DNA of 64,000 nt, from the NCBI GenBank assembly GCA_012295275.1, contig CM022665.1:39556001-39620000 (forward strand), written 5' to 3'. Positions 56,519 to 64,000 of the stretch are shown piece by piece. Made by a program: the position numbers and the translations under genes. Under the pieces are notes generated by a model, which searched no databases, had not been told where the DNA came from, and saw only the letters and a list, made by a program, of their open reading frames with translations. How positions within the stretch are numbered: position 1 is the first letter of the stretch; each line of letters starts with the position of its first letter. The DNA is from Chrysomallon squamiferum. Taxonomy: Eukaryota > Animalia > Mollusca.

Positions 56519-56946
56519 TAAAGAAAACGACAGTAACATCAAGAACTTGTAAAGTTGCCAAGATATATTTATTTGTTCTTCATCTTTCTTTCTCTTTTCC
56601 TCAGCGTGGCTCTTTCGCTCACTCGTGCCCAATAATTTGTCTTTCCTCAAAGAAAGAAAGAAGAAGGAAAAACAAAAAGAAATGAAAAAGGGATCCGACT
56701 TAGAAAAAAAAAAAACAACAATAAACAAACAAAAACAAGAAACAGTATACAAACCATCCAAACAAACAAACAAAAAAGCTTTACACACACTACCCAGAAA
56801 TTAAAAAAAAAGACTAAACACTCAGTACAAAAAATAACAAAACCTCTAAACCATCAAAGCTGACAAAACACACACAATCATATCTACAAACCCAACAGAT
56901 AAACATACGTCACACCCACACACCCACACACAAACACACACACACA

Positions 56947-56990
<44 letters not shown>

Positions 56991-58045
56991 AACACACACA
57001 TACATACGCACATACACAAATTACAAAGAAAACACACAAGCATATCCTGCCAAAGAACACGAATCTTTAATACGTTAGAATTATCAACTTATTTCGGATT
57101 TCTGAACAAACAAATCTTAATTAAATACTTGATCGAGTTTATCTCGAATATTTGCTTTGTAGTTCAATAAATTTTCACTGCATTTGTTCGGATAAACCTT
57201 TTGTTTATACAAACAGCAATAATGAAATTTTACAACGACTGTAACCGTAAGTTTTATTAGAATTATACAGAATTCAGTCATCCATTAATCAACAGGGTTA
57301 ATACATTAGTTACAGTAAGATCACGGAAATTAAAACATTTCGTGTATATGAGATACTGAAGGTTAACGCATCAGCAGTTTCGTTTAATGTACTAACATAG
57401 TAAATGTATATATGTGTATGTATGTTTAGTGTGTGTATATGTTTGGGTGTTTGTATATATGTAGGTGCGTACAAATAAAACTGAATGCTCGAACTAGGTA
57501 GAAAATGAACATAAAAAGATAATTATCAATAACTCAACTGTCCTGATAGCAATATTTCCAGTTACACCACAGCAAACAAATAACATTAGCAGAAGAAGCA
57601 ACAGCAACAACAACAACTACAACAACAACAACAACAATAACAATAATCATATTAACAACAACAACAACAACAATAACAATAATCATATTAACAACAACAA
57701 CAACAACAACAAACAACAACAACAATAATAATAATAATTAACAACAACAACAACAAAAACATGAAGAAACAACCACAACAAAAAAACAACCACAACAAAA
57801 ATGGTGATGATGCTGATGGTGATGATGATGTTGTTCCCAACGCGACAAACACTTGATAATAATGATCACTGCAAAGGCTGTCCCGACCATCATGACCACA
57901 GCTGCGTTTGTGACTTAGCAATTATCTTCAACGGTCTGTGTGAAAGGCTTGTTTGTACCACAAGATACATAGCACTAGCGACAGATGGAAGTCACAGTGT
58001 GCAGACCAAAACTGATGTGATCAATAGTTCATCTGGTAACTATTC

Positions 58046-58049
<4 letters not shown>

Positions 58050-58115
<66 letters not shown>

Positions 58116-58214
58116 AAACAATTTATAAATAAACAAATAAATGTTTGGCCTAAAAGTATTAATTAATTAAATGTTTTCTGTTATACAGAATCACAACCTC
58201 CCCAGACACCACCC

Positions 58215-58307
<93 letters not shown>

Positions 58308-58310
58308 ACA
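58050..58310. repeat. (GA)n followed by (CT)n and (CA)n microsatellites
   Basis: Direct observation. Confidence 0.9.
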
Positions 58311-59467
58311 GAAATCCATTACATGTACGTAGTGACTGTACAAACGGCTGTTACTAAGAATGCAAGATAAATCTATAAAAAGAATTTCTAAACGTTTGAT
58401 AATAAAATATTCACGTTTTCTATTTTTATCTTCAAAGCATTTGAAACATATTTTATATTAATCGCTAGTATTTTTTTTATTTTTTTTTATTTACTTGCTT
58501 TTGTAATTTTGTGTATGTGTGTGTATGAACTGCAACAAATATATATATATATATATATTTACTTCAGTGTGTCACCACTGAAATATTTTGTTTCAGGTCA
58601 ACAGCCTGCCGTTGCTACGATTTGCTGAGCTTAGATTCATTTTAGTGATAAGATAATCCCCTCCATAAATTAGAGAAAAAAAAAACACCCACACACATGT
58701 ATTTATATTTAAACTGGTCGCAGACTTCGTATTTCATTTATTTATTTAATTGTTTGTTTGTTTGTTTGTATATTTGTTTATTTTATGTTTGTTTGTTTGT
58801 TTGTTTATTTATTTACTTGTTTATTTGTTTATTTGTTTGTTTATTTAGCTATTCCCTGAACATCATAACACAGGCCGCCATATTGGAATGAAGCAAGTGA
58901 TAAATGTACTGCATAGACGAGTAATGTAGATTTATTGCGGATTCAGTTTACTGTGAATCGGTGAGACGAAAGCGATATTATGACAATGCGACACCAGATG
59001 TGAAATGATACGATTGAAAACATAAATAATGGAAATAAACTAATAATTATGTGGCCTTGATGTGTTGTCGAAATACGTCTGTAATATGTCGCCGTTTAAA
59101 AGCGAGAGAATGTGTGTGTGTGTGTGCGTGTGTGTGTGTGTTTGTGTATATGTATGTATGTGTGTTTGTTTTTGTATGAACTTAATTATGTATTTGTATC
59201 TGTGTGTATGTGTGTGTGTGTGTGTGTGCGTGCGTTTGTGTTACATACACATACCTATATACATGCATACACACATACATACATACATGCATACATACAT
59301 ACATACATACATACATACATACATACATACATACATACATAGACATATATCATTACAGTTAACAATATTCTCGAATTTCGGGTTTAATGATACGTGAAAA
59401 GATTTTTGTTCAACCATATTTTAATATAATGGATTGTTAAGCGTAGTTGTATTGTATAATTCTTAAA

Positions 59468-59705
59468 AGAGAAAAGAAATCCACTGTTTTTTTGTTGTTT
59501 TTTGGGGTGTTTTTTTTCCAGTGGTTACGCTTACCAGCGGATTAGCAGCAATGGATCAGTTATATTTACCTTCCGTTTGACAGGAAAAAAGATACCATTG
59601 CTTTTTATAAAACCGTCGTGGAACATTGGTTGGAACGACAGTAACCAAAAATGGCGCAGCACGGAGAATGGATCTTACGACCCGTAGATACAGAGTTATC
59701 TTTCC
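59468..59705 (-). mobile_element. Diverged SINE copy
   Basis: gattagcagcaatggatc...gacagg...aaaccgtcgtggaacattggttggaacg core shared with the other copies. Confidence 0.45.
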
Positions 59706-60009
59706 TTTACAGGTTTTAATGGACGTATTTGTTGACGTGGGCGAATGTGGAGTAAAGATTACTGAATAAAACGCCTCCTCGCTGCTATTATTATCACATG
59801 TTGTTGCTGATATTGCTGTAAAGTATTTATCGATTTTATTATTATTAATAATTTTATTATTGTTGTTGTTGCTGATATTGCCGTAAAGTATTTATCGATT
59901 TTATTATTATTAATCATTTTATTATTATTATTGTTGTTGTTATTGTGATTATTAATATTATTTAAAATAAAATAACCGTATTTTTATTTATTTATTAATT
60001 TATCAATTG

Positions 60010-60028
60010 CTACTACTACTACTACTAT

Positions 60029-60092
<64 letters not shown>

Positions 60093-60385
60093 GTTATTAC
60101 TATTATTATGATTGTTGTTGTTGTTGTTTTAGTCAATATTGTTGTTTTGTTATTGTTTTTATTATTATCCTTATTGTCCTCATCAACACTACTACTACTA
60201 CTGGTACTACAACTACTACCACTACAACTACTATAACTACTACTACTGCTGCTGCCACTATTACTACAACTACTTCTACTGTTTCTGTTGCTATTATTAT
60301 TATTATTATTATTATTATTCTCGTCAGAATCATCATCATCATCATCATCGTCATCATCATCACGATCATTACTATTATTATTACA
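60010..60385. repeat. (ACT)n/(ATT)n/(ATC)n trinucleotide cluster
   Basis: Direct observation. Confidence 0.85.
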
Positions 60386-61007
60386 GTAATACAGATTAAT
60401 CTTCAGACGAGGTATTACTAGACTCATCATTCCAGCAGACATATTAAATAAAATGGATGAAATATTTTGTAGACGTTATCCATTTTATTTGACTTTATGA
60501 CCACTGGTTGAAAATAATTTCAGAAAAAAAAAAAAAAAAAAAAAAAAAAATTCCCCACAATATTCTCTGAGATCTATTGATCAGGTTTCCATGGATTTAT
60601 CAATTCAAATAACTTTTTTTTTTTTTTTTTTCTCCTTTGGACAAACGCTATGTATCATAATAAAGTACGTTTGCAATAATGAAGATAAAGCACGGCAGCA
60701 GTCTGTGACTGAAAGTATGATAAATTCCGCTTCAGCGATATTTTTTTTTTTCTTCTTATTTACGTTTTTCTCGGGTATGTCAGAATGACTTCCATTCGAA
60801 TGATAAAATAATGTACTAAAGTTTTTCGTTAATGCTGAAATACTGCAATGTAAAGTCTAGATGTTGAAACCAGTAAATAACGCAGAAATGGGGGGAGCTA
60901 GAGGGAGGGAGGGAGGAGGAACAGAGGTGGAGGGGGGGAGGGGGGGGAAGAGAGAGTCAGAGAAAGAGAAGAGAGAAAAAGAGAGAGGTTGTTTTTTTGT
61001 GTGTCTT

Positions 61008-61123
<116 letters not shown>

Positions 61124-61916
61124 AAGAAAGATGGCCCAAATGTGTTTGAGTTAGGTTTCATTTATAATACAGTCTTAAGAAATGAAAATTATTTTACTTA
61201 AATATATTAAACAAACAAACAAACAAACAAACAAACAAACAAACAAGTAAATAAATAAATAGAATAGAATAGAATAAAATAGAATAATAATATTATATTT
61301 AAAAAAAAAAAAAAAACATTTCTCAATTATTATTATCATTTGAGGCTTTGGGGTTTTTTAGTATTTTTTTTAAAAAGCTACCGCACTGCATGCATATTAC
61401 ATTATATTCTTTTCTTTCCATCGAAATCGATTTATTTAACTTTATTTAATGTGTAGCCTAATGAATATTGCCAGTGTCTTGGGATCCTAATTGAATGGAA
61501 TCGATGGATACAAGAATTCTTCAGACATATAAATTGCATCAGTGTAGATTCTAAAATTTCTTCATTCATATAGCGGTCATTGATGAAACACGATTATTGA
61601 TTGGCAGAAAGTCTGGCAAAAGGGCAAATTGAGGACCACGTACTATAGGTAGCTTGTCAGTAAAAACTGCGTAGTTTCAAACTTGATAAAGACCTGAAGT
61701 GTTGCCAGTGAAGGGTTCGTCCATAAGTCTGTTTTCTTTTTTAATCTTTATAAGTTTTCATGCCTGCCTTTTTCTGTCGTTATTTTCTTTTGTTCGTTAC
61801 TTTGTTTTTTTCTTTTTTCTTTCTTTTTGTTTATTCCAGTCCTTATTTCGTTATAATTTAGTTTCAGAGTTAATAATTTTCAGTGTAATGGATTTTGGGG
61901 GTTTCATCATCAGAAT

Positions 61917-62022
<106 letters not shown>

Positions 62023-62459
62023 CGCCCACCCCTACCCCCCCAAAAAAAACCCAGGCCCTTGCAGACAACATAATTCAGAGATCACCATGTATCTGATATA
62101 TATTCACGACTGACAAAGATCTAGACAAAAAATTAAACGAAGCCAGACAGGAATCGAGTCTTCCGATCATTACATCTTTCTAGACACAATCTTTTAATTC
62201 ATCTTCATTGATTTCAGTTGAATTAAACTGAATCCATTTCGTTAATCAAGAAATTTCAAATCCGCTCATATCGACTGAAAGTTAAAGCTCGTCTGTCTTG
62301 GGCAGACATCTACGTCGTTTTTTTTAAAAAAGGGTGTTAGTGAGTTAGATGGTTTGCTAAATAGAAAGAAGTGTTTATAATGGTTTTATCTCTCCGTAGT
62401 CATCCCAGTGTAGGATCTGTTAATGGGATTTGATATTAGCACCTTTCAGCATTTAAAAA

Positions 62460-62490
62460 AACACATACTTATATATACATATAAGTATAG

Positions 62491-62530
<40 letters not shown>

Positions 62531-63178
62531 TTTTTTATATATATATATACATGCTCACGTACATATAACTCACAGATACATACATACATATATATATACA
62601 TACAAACACATACACGTACATCCTCATGCACATATATACACACATACAAAATACATACATACACACACATACACACATACATACACATACACATACACTC
62701 GTACATACATACATACGCGTACATTCACATACGGATATATACACACATGCAAAAGTAAATACATACATACATACACACATACATACATACATGCTACAAA
62801 CATACATACATAGATACATATACAAACACACACACACACACACATATATATACACATATAAAAATACATACATACATACATACATACATACATAAATACA
62901 TAGATACATACATCTATCTACCTACTTACCTTCATACATGCATACACGCATAGAAACACGTACATACACACATACACATACATACACACATACACATACA
63001 AACACATATATACACACATACAAACACATACACATACACATACACATACAAACACATACATACACATACAAGCACATATATACAACATACAAACACATAC
63101 ACACACATAAACACACACATACATACACAGATAAACACATACACACACATGAACACACATACACACACATACATGCAA
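62460..63178. repeat. (CA)n/(TACA)n low-complexity tract
   Basis: Direct observation. Confidence 0.88.
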
Positions 63179-63449
63179 TTACACGAAAAGAAAATGGCAA
63201 GCAGTGATAATTACACCTCTTCTCTTTGTCGCGTGTGACAGCGCGCAGTTCTCCATCAATACTTAATAACGATGCCAGAATATTGTTTGAAAAACGTCAG
63301 TCGAAACACCGCTTGTAATTACTAACTTGGGATAATGGGCACTTTACTAAAACTGAGAGACCGGTTTTTATCGTGGCATAGCCATCAAAACATCCGTCAG
63401 CTGTGTCTACAATATAAAGCCAGCGAACTGAAATATTAATTATTAATTT

Positions 63450-64000
<551 letters not shown>

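Noticed and set aside
57801-58050. Cys/His-rich frame (DHCKGCPDHHDHSCVC) as a metal-binding exon
   Set aside because: No acceptor, embedded between microsatellites, and no recognisable domain.

Overview
AT-rich, intron-rich, microsatellite-rich animal genomic DNA; probably a mollusc (invertebrate-type calmodulin, gastropod-like SINE; taxon is inference). Three spliced genes were reconstructed by hand with consistent GT-AG phases: TTC7/TTC7B on + (20 exons, 189-23426, about 814 aa), STPG4 on - (8 exons, 36009-29729, 271 aa) and calmodulin on - (5 coding exons, 49106-45471, 149 aa). The order and orientation TTC7(+) / STPG4(-) / CaM(-) match human TTC7A-STPG4-CALM2. The most unusual signals are (i) a patchwork insertion of about 260 bp that splits TTC7 exon 19, resembles sequence 2 kb downstream, and could be removed as a new intron, and (ii) three intronic minisatellites whose unit looks like a copy of the adjacent 3' splice site. 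Also present: a TA-flanked pogo/Tigger-like MITE, several diverged SINE copies, and a 14-kb gene-poor, microsatellite-rich stretch at the end. Most ORFs in the supplied track are simple-repeat artefacts or exon fragments.
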